62,251 bases of DNA from Gammaproteobacteria bacterium (GTDB lineage Bacteria; Pseudomonadota; Gammaproteobacteria; SZUA-140). Below the pieces are notes generated by a model. It was given only the letters and a program-made list of their open reading frames with translations. It was not told the origin of the DNA and did not search any database. Location of the stretch: the NCBI GenBank assembly GCA_015488555.1, contig WFNO01000005.1:1-62251 (forward strand), in the 5' to 3' direction. Shown here one piece after another: positions 50,262-58,742 of this stretch (position 1 is its first letter; every line of letters starts with the position of its first letter). The translations under genes were made by a program, and so were the position numbers.

Positions 50262-52907
50262 TCAGGGCACTTCCAAAAATGGCGCAAGGGTCTGTAGACG
50301 CTGACGGTAACGCGCCACCGCTGGTGATTCAGGTTCACGTGCCAGCTCCATGCGCAACACTTCGCGCAGGGCCTGCACGTGATCGGGACGAATCTCCAGG
50401 ATCTTCTGTAGGACCTGCCAGCGGGTTTGTTCGTCCAAGGCCGGAAGGCTTGCATACAATCGGTCGGCTAGGCCGTATCCTACCCATCGATCGAGGGGAT
50501 TGGCCTCGTAAGCGAAACGTAACAAACGTTGAGCCTCCCCGTTCCGTCCCCGGATCGAAGCCAGCCAGCTACGCATAGCAAGTTCGGTGGCTACGTAGGC
50601 CCCTTCAAAATCCGGATGAGGATGCCCTTCGAATCCCAACAGGCGCCAGGCTGCCTCAGGTGTGGGCCGCTGCGCCAACAACCATTCGAGCATCCTCCCC
50701 AGATCCAGTGAGCCGCCATAGCGCAAGATCGGCAGGCTGAATTCGAGCTTCGGCGCCCACTCGTCTTGGACGGGTCCATCCGGCATCGGCAGCGGACCCC
50801 AGAAACGTCCCAGCCAGGTCCACATGCCCTCGCCCCCCGTAAGCGCCTTCCTTTGTGAAGCGGTGAGGCCCGCCATCCTCTCGACCGGATCGAAACGACC
50901 TGATTCCGGCGAGCGGGCATAGCCCACCAAAGCCAGACGCAACCCATCTGTATAAACCTGCACGGCAGGAAAAACCGCCTGGAAGCTGCGTATCACCGTC
51001 TGCAAGGCTGGTACGTCGAACTGATTGAGAGCCAACCACTGGATATAAAGACCGCCAGCGGCCAAGTGCGCGAGACCACGCTGAAACTGCTGCACCGACA
51101 ACAAGTGGCTACGGCCCACCAGATCCGGATGGAACAGGTCACCAACAATGACATCGTAGCGCTGCTCGCTCGCACGCAGGAAACGCCGTGCGTCGTCGTG
51201 GTGCACGGCGATACGCATACTCACCCCTTCATTGACCGGCTCGAACCAGAGGCGTGCTGCCCGAATGGAACCAGCGGACAATTCCACGGCAGAGGCCTCA
51301 AGTGCAGGAAAGTACACCACCGGCGAGGCAGTGATCCCCGTACCCAGCCCCAAAAATAAAACCCGCATGGGACGCGGATGGAGCAGCAACGCCAGGCGCC
51401 CTTGATTTTTCTGTACCTCGACGGCCGTGGGTTCAGAAGATGCGTCCATGCGGCGCAGATCCGACAACAGGATGCGTTGCCCCTCGTGGTCCTCCACTAC
51501 ATGGGTCACCGAGATCGCATCCTCATAGAGCATGAGATCGCGACTTCCTGCATGAGCTTCTGGCAACAACTCACTCACCGGAGGCAGGCGGATCAACGGC
51601 CAGGCCAAAATGAGAAACACAGGGAGCAATGACCAATAGCGCCGCTCTGATACCCAGACCATCCCCGCGACGAATAACAGGAGGGCGGCCAAACACAGGG
51701 TGGATGCAGTTCCCCACGCGGGAATGAATACAAAACCACACAACAGCGCACCCAGCCCGGCTCCTAATGCATTGGCTCCATAGAGCCAAGCCCCCGTCAC
51801 AGTACCGCCTGCAACATGGCGGGCCAACAAGGGCAACCAAGCCCCTAGTACCAGAGTCAGAGGCAAGGTCAACAGAGCGAGCGCTACGGTTTGCAGAAAC
51901 AAGCCTTGGGGCAGACTCTGAAAATGAGCGCCTTCCGCCCATGCCGCCAACATGGGCAGTCCCCACAGACTGAACAAAGCCGCTAGGGCCGCAAGCCAAG
52001 GGAAATGATGCAGTAGGCGAAGGGATAACCAGCGAGCGACAATACTGCCGATACCGATACCTACCAAAAATACGAACAGAATGATGGCCAATACGTATTC
52101 CGTTCGCAGCAAGACCATACCATAGAGACGACTCCAACCAATCTCCAGCATCAAAGCTGCTCCACCAATGACACCATAGGCCAGGAGTACGCGCCAGGCA
52201 GGTCGAGACGCCATCGGATCAGTCTCCATCGCCTCCTGCTCCCCTTGCGAAAGGGACTGGCGTCTAGCAAGCAATGCGAGTCCCAACGCCACCCCCAAAC
52301 CCACCAAGGCCACAGTCTGCATGGCAAGGGTCCACCCCAATGTCGGCAATAGCAAAAGCGGCAACAAGGCACCTGCAGCGCCGCCTGCCGTGTTGATCCC
52401 ATAGATCAGCGGCAGGGTCACGCTCGTCCCACGCAAGGCCTTGAGGACCAGCGGAAAACCCAGGCCCAGAGCAAGGGAAGGGAAAAACAACAGCAGGAAG
52501 GCCATAAGGGCTTGTATGGCATACCACACGGCCAGGGGCCATGCGGCTGCCAAATCTCCCAACAGGTGGTCGATGCCACTGAATAGCCAGGGCATGAGTA
52601 GCGCGAACAATGCCACCAGTCCTTCGAGTACAGCCAATACCAGGAGCGGTTGGCGTACCGTTGCAAACCAGCGTCCTCCCATCAGACTACCGGCACCCAG
52701 TCCGATCATGAAGGTGGCCAGGGTCATGACCACCCCAAAGCTGCTTACGCCGAACTGGATGGTAAGCATACGCACCCACAGAATCTCGTAAGCCAGGCCA
52801 GTGATTCCGGATAGGAAATAGACCCCCAGCACACCCCACGCCCAGATTTGACTACCCACTTGCGCACCACCGGTGTGGGCGGTCAGCGGCCTAGAATGCA
52901 GGGACAT
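50262..52907 (-). CDS. Fused multi-TM / spermidine-synthase-like SAM-binding protein
   Basis: SGITGLAYEILWVR and LIYGINTAGG duplicated membrane modules; RVLFLGLGTGIT, VEL, DARRFL, YDVIVGD; TPR-like tail. Confidence 0.85.
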   Translation of the reverse strand: MSLHSRPLTAHTGGAQVGSQIWAWGVLGVYFLSGITGLAYEILWVRMLTIQFGVSSFGVVMTLATFMIGLGAGSLMGGRWFATVRQPLLVLAVLEGLVALFALLMPWLFSGIDHLLGDLAAAWPLAVWYAIQALMAFLLLFFPSLALGLGFPLVLKALRGTSVTLPLIYGINTAGGAAGALLPLLLLPTLGWTLAMQTVALVGLGVALGLALLARRQSLSQGEQEAMETDPMASRPAWRVLLAYGVIGGAALMLEIGWSRLYGMVLLRTEYVLAIILFVFLVGIGIGSIVARWLSLRLLHHFPWLAALAALFSLWGLPMLAAWAEGAHFQSLPQGLFLQTVALALLTLPLTLVLGAWLPLLARHVAGGTVTGAWLYGANALGAGLGALLCGFVFIPAWGTASTLCLAALLLFVAGMVWVSERRYWSLLPVFLILAWPLIRLPPVSELLPEAHAGSRDLMLYEDAISVTHVVEDHEGQRILLSDLRRMDASSEPTAVEVQKNQGRLALLLHPRPMRVLFLGLGTGITASPVVYFPALEASAVELSAGSIRAARLWFEPVNEGVSMRIAVHHDDARRFLRASEQRYDVIVGDLFHPDLVGRSHLLSVQQFQRGLAHLAAGGLYIQWLALNQFDVPALQTVIRSFQAVFPAVQVYTDGLRLALVGYARSPESGRFDPVERMAGLTASQRKALTGGEGMWTWLGRFWGPLPMPDGPVQDEWAPKLEFSLPILRYGGSLDLGRMLEWLLAQRPTPEAAWRLLGFEGHPHPDFEGAYVATELAMRSWLASIRGRNGEAQRLLRFAYEANPLDRWVGYGLADRLYASLPALDEQTRWQVLQKILEIRPDHVQALREVLRMELAREPESPAVARYRQRLQTLAPFLEVP

Positions 52908-52920
52908 CAGGCGAGAAAAT

Positions 52921-53385
52921 TCAGAAAGGGAAGAACCAAACGACGGCCGTCACGGCGTGCACAATGGATAGGAATACGCTGAATAAGGCGCAAACCATAT
53001 GGGCGACGAAAACCTCCTTACCGAACAACACCATGGCTACTCCCAGCGCAGCAGTAGCGATCACACCCACCAATAATATGAATCCCATGATGAACATGAT
53101 CTGGTGTTTGCGTTCGGTCGAAATCTTTACAATCTCGCTCTCCTCTTTTTCCTGTTCGGTGAAACCCTTCATCACGCGCAGACTCTCGTCCTCCTGCGCA
53201 TGGCTGACACCAGGCCCCAATACCGCCAAGGCGCCCAGGGTAACGGAAAGCGACATCACCCACACGATGATGCGCCCCACGTTTCTCCCATGCATCTTCC
53301 GCATATCCTGTTTCTTTTTCATTCCTTCCCAGAATTGAGTCGCGAGAGGATTGTTCACATGCTGGAGCCGTGCTTCCGGCGTCAT
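52921..53385 (-). CDS. Hypothetical membrane protein
   Basis: Three hydrophobic segments with intramembrane His (KHQIMF, AHMVC, VHAV), ending VWFFPF; ATGA overlap with the upstream gene. Confidence 0.7.
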   Translation of the reverse strand: MTPEARLQHVNNPLATQFWEGMKKKQDMRKMHGRNVGRIIVWVMSLSVTLGALAVLGPGVSHAQEDESLRVMKGFTEQEKEESEIVKISTERKHQIMFIMGFILLVGVIATAALGVAMVLFGKEVFVAHMVCALFSVFLSIVHAVTAVVWFFPF

Positions 53386-53648
53386 TCTTCTGGCGTCATT
53401 CTTTCCGCGGATTCCTCACCACCTTCGTTCTTATCTTGTTTCTTATTCGCACCCATGATGGCGAAGCGCCAATAGAGAATTGCCATCAACACGATGGGCA
53501 CCAGCACCATGGGCAACAGGAAGAGAAAAATTGCCCATGGGGTTTCGATGGTCACGTGCAGCCATCGATAACTATCCGCAGCCCACACCGTGCTGCTACC
53601 AGCCACGCAGCCCAGCAAGGCTATGACAAATTGCAATAATCTATTCAA
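53382..53648 (-). CDS. Hypothetical small membrane protein
   Basis: Signal-like N-terminus, ADSYRWLHVTIETPW, one long TM; a TTG start overlapping the upstream stop is inferred. Confidence 0.65.
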   Translation of the reverse strand: MNRLLQFVIALLGCVAGSSTVWAADSYRWLHVTIETPWAIFLFLLPMVLVPIVLMAILYWRFAIMGANKKQDKNEGGEESAERMTPEE

Positions 53649-54708
53649 CGTCTTTCGCACACCTGAATCCAAAAAAATCCGATGCAAAATTAGGCCATGA
53701 GAAGTTACGATGATACCCGGAAGTGGAAAACGGGTCACTCTTCCATGAACCTCCGCGTATCACCTTGTAACGTTCCTCCGTGGTCATAAAATCGACAACC
53801 TTCATGGAACGTTCGGCACCAGATTTGGGCAAAACCGGGACCTTGGCCTGAAACATGCTGCTGGGAGCCTTGGAGCCCGGATAGGGCAGGAAATCGTCAT
53901 ACACCCATTCACTGACATTGCCAGCTAAGTCCATCACCCCCTCGGGACTGGCGCCTTCCGGATAGCTACCCACAGGGGTGGTAGATCCCACCTGATAGTA
54001 TGTGTTCAGGCGTGCCGGATCCATGTTGTTGCCCCAGGGCCAGCGCCGGCCATCCGTGCCTCTGGCGGCACGCTCCCACTCGGCCTCGGTAGGCAAACGT
54101 TTACCCGCCCACTCTGCATAGCGTTTGGCATCAAACCAGGAAATCATGGTTACCGGATGCAGCTCAAGGCCTTCCGGGATACGGCCCTTGTCCCAGTGTA
54201 ACGGTGGGCGATAATCAGTAGCGGCTACGAAGCGGGCGTATTGGGCATTGGTCACTTCGTATTTATCGATCATGTAGGCATCCAATTCCACCACCCGCTG
54301 AGGCTTGTCCTGGGGATCTGCGCGGTGATAGTCGGTACCCATGACGAAGGTACCCGCAGGAATGAGAATCATGGTTTCCAGCTCAGCCCATTGCTCAGGA
54401 CTCAAAAGGGCTTCGGCTTCTTCCACCGTATAGCTCTCGATCTGTTTGAGCTTGAACTCGTGGAAAGTCTGCCGGAAACGCTCTTCACCCGCGGCCCTAA
54501 GTTTGGATTCTAGTTCCGAAATATCGTAGGAGATCTTACTGCGCATCTCGTGCATGCGGTTCGACCCCAAGGTGAGCACGTGTATCGTGCCCCCGATCAG
54601 GGTGAGCACGATGGCAGTTACGAATGTGGCGCCCAGGAAACGGCGCCTCTGCTCCACCTGTTCCTTACTAATGACGATTCTGCGTCTTTGAATGTAGTCG
54701 TTGGCCAT
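53641..54708 (-). CDS. Membrane-anchored FGE-sulfatase (SUMF1/EgtB/PvdO/NirV) fold protein
   Basis: IPAGTFVMG, YEVTNAQY, HPVT, KRLPTEAEWERAARG, DLAGNVSEW, RGGSW, GFRCA; N-terminal TM. Confidence 0.9.
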   Translation of the reverse strand: MANDYIQRRRIVISKEQVEQRRRFLGATFVTAIVLTLIGGTIHVLTLGSNRMHEMRSKISYDISELESKLRAAGEERFRQTFHEFKLKQIESYTVEEAEALLSPEQWAELETMILIPAGTFVMGTDYHRADPQDKPQRVVELDAYMIDKYEVTNAQYARFVAATDYRPPLHWDKGRIPEGLELHPVTMISWFDAKRYAEWAGKRLPTEAEWERAARGTDGRRWPWGNNMDPARLNTYYQVGSTTPVGSYPEGASPEGVMDLAGNVSEWVYDDFLPYPGSKAPSSMFQAKVPVLPKSGAERSMKVVDFMTTEERYKVIRGGSWKSDPFSTSGYHRNFSWPNFASDFFGFRCAKDVE

Positions 54709-54756
54709 GAGCAAACCCTCAAGCCATCCTCATCTCACCGCAATCTTACCGCAATC

Positions 54757-55236
54757 TCACCGGGCATCCTGTACGGCCTGGCGCTTGGCCTTTTTTCTGC
54801 GGCGCCGTTTGTGCAGCTGCCCCTCTCTGCCATAGGTACGCTTGACAACGACCTCTCCTACCACGCCCCCGATGGCGGCAAACTCTGCGGCCACGATAAC
54901 CACCAACAACCAATACCCCAACGGTAGCAGATCCGAGCCTGGGGGAGGGCCCTCCAGGTGTAATTGATAGTAACTGATCACACGTACGATCAGCGGCGAG
55001 AAATGTGCCAGGATCTTCCCTCCAAGACCATAGATCAAGGACACGACAATTCCGCCAAGAAACGGAACGAAGAACAGATCCACGATCCACAAGGGATGGA
55101 ATGTAGCGATACCGTAGAAAAGCTCCAATTTGACGCCCAGCAAGGTATCGCCCACATAAATCACGAGAGCGCCACAGGAGACGGCAATAGTCGCTACCCC
55201 CATATCCATCAACCGCTGCTTGAGCGCTTTATTCAT
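54757..55236 (-). CDS. Hypothetical multi-TM membrane protein
   Basis: Three to four hydrophobic segments and a strongly basic tail; overlaps the upstream cytochrome gene stop. Confidence 0.75.
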   Translation of the reverse strand: MNKALKQRLMDMGVATIAVSCGALVIYVGDTLLGVKLELFYGIATFHPLWIVDLFFVPFLGGIVVSLIYGLGGKILAHFSPLIVRVISYYQLHLEGPPPGSDLLPLGYWLLVVIVAAEFAAIGGVVGEVVVKRTYGREGQLHKRRRRKKAKRQAVQDAR

Positions 55237-55723
55237 CGCTCTTCGGCACGTAAGGCTTTCCCGTCAACTTTTCATATTCGGCCTTTCGGGTCTCTTCCAG
55301 ATACCAGTCTTCGACCTTCAGGCTTGCCAGATAGGCCGCCAGCAGACGTCGCTCCTTTTCTGGCAGATGCGCATACGAAGGCATGCGGTATTCTGGACGC
55401 AGCCGACTCGGCAAGATCGATTGCGGATTCTCTGCCGAAAGATAGCGATAAAACCACTCTTCGCTCCTCAATGAGCCGATTCCGTCCAGTGCCGGAGCCG
55501 GCACATTGGCCATCATGTTTCGTACCATCCACAGGGCATGACACTTGGAGCACTTGAGTCGCTTGTACAATGCCTCCGCTTCTCGTTTGAGTTCCGGAGA
55601 GGCCGTGGTGTAGAACGGGATGCCAGGATCCGGATCGGTAAATTCCTGATATCCCCGATAGACGAGCATGAAACCTACAACGACAGCAATGAAAATAAGC
55701 AGGTTTTTCTCACCCGCTTTCAT
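55229..55723 (-). CDS. Membrane-anchored monoheme cytochrome c, CcoO-like
   Basis: N-terminal TM, CSKCH, APALDGIGS, distal Met motif YRMPSY, LAAYLASLK. Confidence 0.85.
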   Translation of the reverse strand: MKAGEKNLLIFIAVVVGFMLVYRGYQEFTDPDPGIPFYTTASPELKREAEALYKRLKCSKCHALWMVRNMMANVPAPALDGIGSLRSEEWFYRYLSAENPQSILPSRLRPEYRMPSYAHLPEKERRLLAAYLASLKVEDWYLEETRKAEYEKLTGKPYVPKSDE

Positions 55724-56004
55724 TTGCGTCGTGCAGCATAACGCTCGGCCTTCCTCCGCAGGTATTCTTTGCGCAGCTCCTCTTGGTGTGCGATCACTTC
55801 TCTGCTCTTCTGGTACTCCTCCGGATCCATCTTGTCCTTATCGTTCTCATCGAACACCACGTATTTGATGTTCTCGTCGAACTGATCGTTCTTCGCCGCC
55901 CAGCGCAGCAGAAAAACAGCACCAATGAGGATGGCTGCTGCAGCCACCATCCAGACATAGATTGTCCAGCCGTCGGGCAGCGATTCAATGAATTCTTTCA
56001 TCAC
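55720..56004 (-). CDS. ccoS: cbb3 oxidase maturation protein CcoS/FixS-like, extended
   Basis: TM followed by WAAKNDQFDE, matching the WAxxxGQFDD signature. Confidence 0.75.
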   Translation of the reverse strand: MMKEFIESLPDGWTIYVWMVAAAAILIGAVFLLRWAAKNDQFDENIKYVVFDENDKDKMDPEEYQKSREVIAHQEELRKEYLRRKAERYAARRK

Positions 56005-56013
56005 CTGTCTCCT

Positions 56014-56361
56014 CTAAACAAGATATCCTTCGATCAGCTGCAGCCAGCCGAATGCAACCGCAATGAAGAGGCCCATGATGATGGCACCGAACATGATTTT
56101 CTCGCCGCGCTTGAGGGCTTCCTCCTTACCACGCTTTGGCCAATAGACCCAAATGATATAGGCAAAAATGATCAGCGAGATGACCAGAAAAACGAAGATG
56201 CCTATACTGAATTTTCTCGAGCGCAGACTCTCGATGCTCAGATCGATACCTAAAACCGTAGTGTTCTGCGCCACTTCCACCAAGACGGGAAGAACACCGC
56301 CCGTCAACCAACCCAACAGTTGGGACAGCATGACTAACCAATCTTGCATATCAATCCACAT
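56014..56361 (-). CDS. Hypothetical membrane protein
   Basis: Two or three hydrophobic segments; first gene of the ccoS-containing operon. Confidence 0.7.
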   Translation of the reverse strand: MWIDMQDWLVMLSQLLGWLTGGVLPVLVEVAQNTTVLGIDLSIESLRSRKFSIGIFVFLVISLIIFAYIIWVYWPKRGKEEALKRGEKIMFGAIIMGLFIAVAFGWLQLIEGYLV

Positions 56362-56721
56362 TTCGCGGTTACACGACCCAACACGGGTGCTCGCACAATG
56401 GATGGTAGCTGATCGTCAGATAAGTCTCTAAAACTGAAAGAGTTTCGGACCCCGACCCCCCCCATAAGCGGGTATAACAGGAATCCCCTGCCCTAGGTCC
56501 ACATCGAGTCTATAACTATAGGCTCTTCGACTGCAAATGTAAAGTGCTCTCGCAGCCAACACAGATGCATAACCGACTGTTTCAAATAACTTTTTCACCT
56601 GTTAGAAACCCGCCGTTCGCGTCACTGACGATCGAAAATCTGGCTAGCAACTTCTTATCTCAAGTTTTCTCACGAGCAGTCACACGACTTCTACTAGATA
56701 TCCACTGCCTCTTCCAAAATT

Positions 56722-56758
56722 AAAAAAATGCCGCTGACTCGTAAGAATCAGCGGCATT
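56722..56758 (-). terminator. Intrinsic terminator of the cco structural operon
   Basis: Minus strand reads aatgccgctgattc-ttac-gagtcagcggcattttttt. Confidence 0.85.
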
Positions 56759-56787
56759 CAAAGAGAGTTAAACTGCCTATTATCGTT

Positions 56788-56937
56788 TTAGTTGAAGGCG
56801 TCTACATCAGGTGAATCTTCCGCCTTATGTTTCTCCCAGTACTTGTCTACCAGCATATAGCCATACAGAGCTGGCAGAATGAGCACAATTAGAATCTCCA
56901 CGAGGAAGACAGTTGGTGCAAAGTCGATATCAATCAT
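56788..56937 (-). CDS. 49-aa single-TM microprotein (MIDIDFAPTVFLVEILIVLILPALYGYMLVDKYWEKHKAEDSPDVDAFN), CcoQ-sized
   Basis: GGAG RBS; last ORF before the operon terminator. Confidence 0.7.
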   Translation of the reverse strand: MIDIDFAPTVFLVEILIVLILPALYGYMLVDKYWEKHKAEDSPDVDAFN

Positions 56938-56968
56938 GACGTTATTCTCCAAATGCTGTTGGTATGTA

Positions 56969-57619
56969 TCAGGTGGCCTTGGACATATCAGGCTTCATCG
57001 TGTACGGCGGCAAGCGTTTGCACACGATGACCATAGCCAAGACAAAATAGGCTACGTAGAACAGGTCGATAGTAAAGCCCAGATCCCACCACGGCTGGAC
57101 ACGTTCGCGCAAGCCATCCGGGCGGAAACTACCTTCAAAGTTGGCCAAGACCACTTGGTCACCGACCACATTGTAGCTCTCCAGGCCGTAGGGTCCTCCC
57201 GCAGCGGCAATCTCCCGGATTTGAGGCGCGATCAGCTGCAGATCGAGCCAGTTGATGGGATGCCGGTCCAAAAGTCCGGGTAACCTGGAATCATCCATCG
57301 CTTCAAGAACTTCCATGGCGCGATCAGTTAGATAGGCGATCTTCTCCTCGGGAGTCGTCAAGCGTTGGACTTCTGGCGAATCCATCAGCTCCACCATGGG
57401 TGCATACAGCTGAGCTGTGGGGCGCTGCCCCCAGATGGGCATGGTGATCAAAAAGGCAGTCAGAATCACCAGGGCAATGAGCCAAGTCAGAGGATATGGC
57501 AAGCGGTTGTTACCTTCCCACAGACCGCCGTGTTTCTCCGACTCCCACTGTGAGATCATCTGCTTTACTTCCTCTTCATCGGAGAGCGTATAAAGAGGGT
57601 TGTCGAATTTCCATCCCAT
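56969..57619 (-). CDS. CcoP-N-terminus-like membrane protein lacking any CXXCH
   Basis: HGGLWEGNNRLPYPLTW resembles the CcoP/FixP DGIxExxNPLPxWW motif; two TMs; directly after ccoO; GGAGG RBS. Confidence 0.7.
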   Translation of the reverse strand: MGWKFDNPLYTLSDEEEVKQMISQWESEKHGGLWEGNNRLPYPLTWLIALVILTAFLITMPIWGQRPTAQLYAPMVELMDSPEVQRLTTPEEKIAYLTDRAMEVLEAMDDSRLPGLLDRHPINWLDLQLIAPQIREIAAAGGPYGLESYNVVGDQVVLANFEGSFRPDGLRERVQPWWDLGFTIDLFYVAYFVLAMVIVCKRLPPYTMKPDMSKAT

Positions 57620-57639
57620 TGTCTAATCCTCCGCTATTC

Positions 57640-58596
57640 TTATTTTAGGCTGGTGAGTATCCAGTCGATCAAAGCCCTGATTTCCGTATCCGGGGCATAT
57701 TCGGGCACCTCGGGCGGATAGGGACGCAACCCTCTCCGATACTCGTCATACTCCTTGCGCCACTTGGCGAAATCGATAGGGTTGCCGTTGGCGTCCACCT
57801 TACCCCATAGATAGTCGAAGCGTGGCATGATGGAATTGGGCTGCACCAACCGCGGATTGAAGAAGTGCAACATCATCCACTCGCGAGACGAGTTACGTGA
57901 GGCAACGTGCAAGAGGTCTGGAGCCTTGCGGTCCGAGCCAAAGACCGTTGGCATCTCACCATTCATGTCACCTACGTAAGGCGGCCAGCCAAACACTTGC
58001 CAGTCCTGAGTCTGCTCGGGCAACAGTGTGTGACACCACCAGCAACCTTCCGTGATGTACACGGTCTTCCCCTTGCCCACGTACTTGTGCTGGCTGTCAT
58101 CCGTGGAGTTGAGGATCAAATCAGGTGTCCATCCTCGGGTCACCGTAGCGTTTTCCACATAAGCCCACTCTTCACCATTTACGTCTGCATAATTAATGGT
58201 GAAGACAGCACCCTGAGCTTTATTGACTTGATCGATCTTCCCCTTGCTGATACTCAGGCTCTTGACGGTGGGACCCAGATTGTCGGGATGGTTAATCACC
58301 GCTGCGAAAGGCGTTCCCGGCTTGTAGACATAGACGCGTATAGCCGGATCGAACTCCTCACCCGTCTTTGGATCTTTGTCCAAGATGACGGTGATGGGCT
58401 TGCCTTCGCCACGCACCAGTGGATCTTCATAAGACCAACCAATCACGCGCCCATTGGACAAGGACTTGTCGAGCCCCACCCAGGTTGATTCAGCAGACCG
58501 GAAATCCCAGCTCGGCAGGAACAGCGTGATGGTCATGGAGAACCCCAGCATCAAGCCGACACCCGCCGATCCGAATTTATACGATTGAAATGCCAC
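57640..58596 (-). CDS. ccoO: cbb3-type cytochrome c oxidase subunit II, enlarged
   Basis: GKTVYITEGCWWCHT, FGSDRKAPDL, HFFNPR, SIMPRFDYL, ALIDWILTSLK. Confidence 0.92.
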   Translation of the reverse strand: MAFQSYKFGSAGVGLMLGFSMTITLFLPSWDFRSAESTWVGLDKSLSNGRVIGWSYEDPLVRGEGKPITVILDKDPKTGEEFDPAIRVYVYKPGTPFAAVINHPDNLGPTVKSLSISKGKIDQVNKAQGAVFTINYADVNGEEWAYVENATVTRGWTPDLILNSTDDSQHKYVGKGKTVYITEGCWWCHTLLPEQTQDWQVFGWPPYVGDMNGEMPTVFGSDRKAPDLLHVASRNSSREWMMLHFFNPRLVQPNSIMPRFDYLWGKVDANGNPIDFAKWRKEYDEYRRGLRPYPPEVPEYAPDTEIRALIDWILTSLK

Positions 58597-58626
58597 TTCT
58601 CGTTCCTCCCCTGATTATTTTTAGCC

Positions 58627-58660
58627 CTCCCCGGCCCCTTGCGGGGGACCGGGGAGTTTT
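58627..58660. other. GC-rich stem-loop in the ccoN-ccoO spacer
   Basis: ctccccggcccc-ttgc-gggggaccggggag; the T-run is only on the + (antisense) side. Confidence 0.6.
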
Positions 58661-58742
58661 CTAGTTAGAGGCTGGACGTCTTTCGTTTCCTTACCCGAAA
58701 AAGCGTCACGCATCCAGCGTGATAAGGCGTCCACTTACCCGC

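Noticed and set aside
53641-54708. Active formylglycine-generating enzyme, or a DGR target
   Set aside because: Catalytic Cys residues are absent, there is no sulfatase nearby, and no reverse transcriptase or template repeat is seen.
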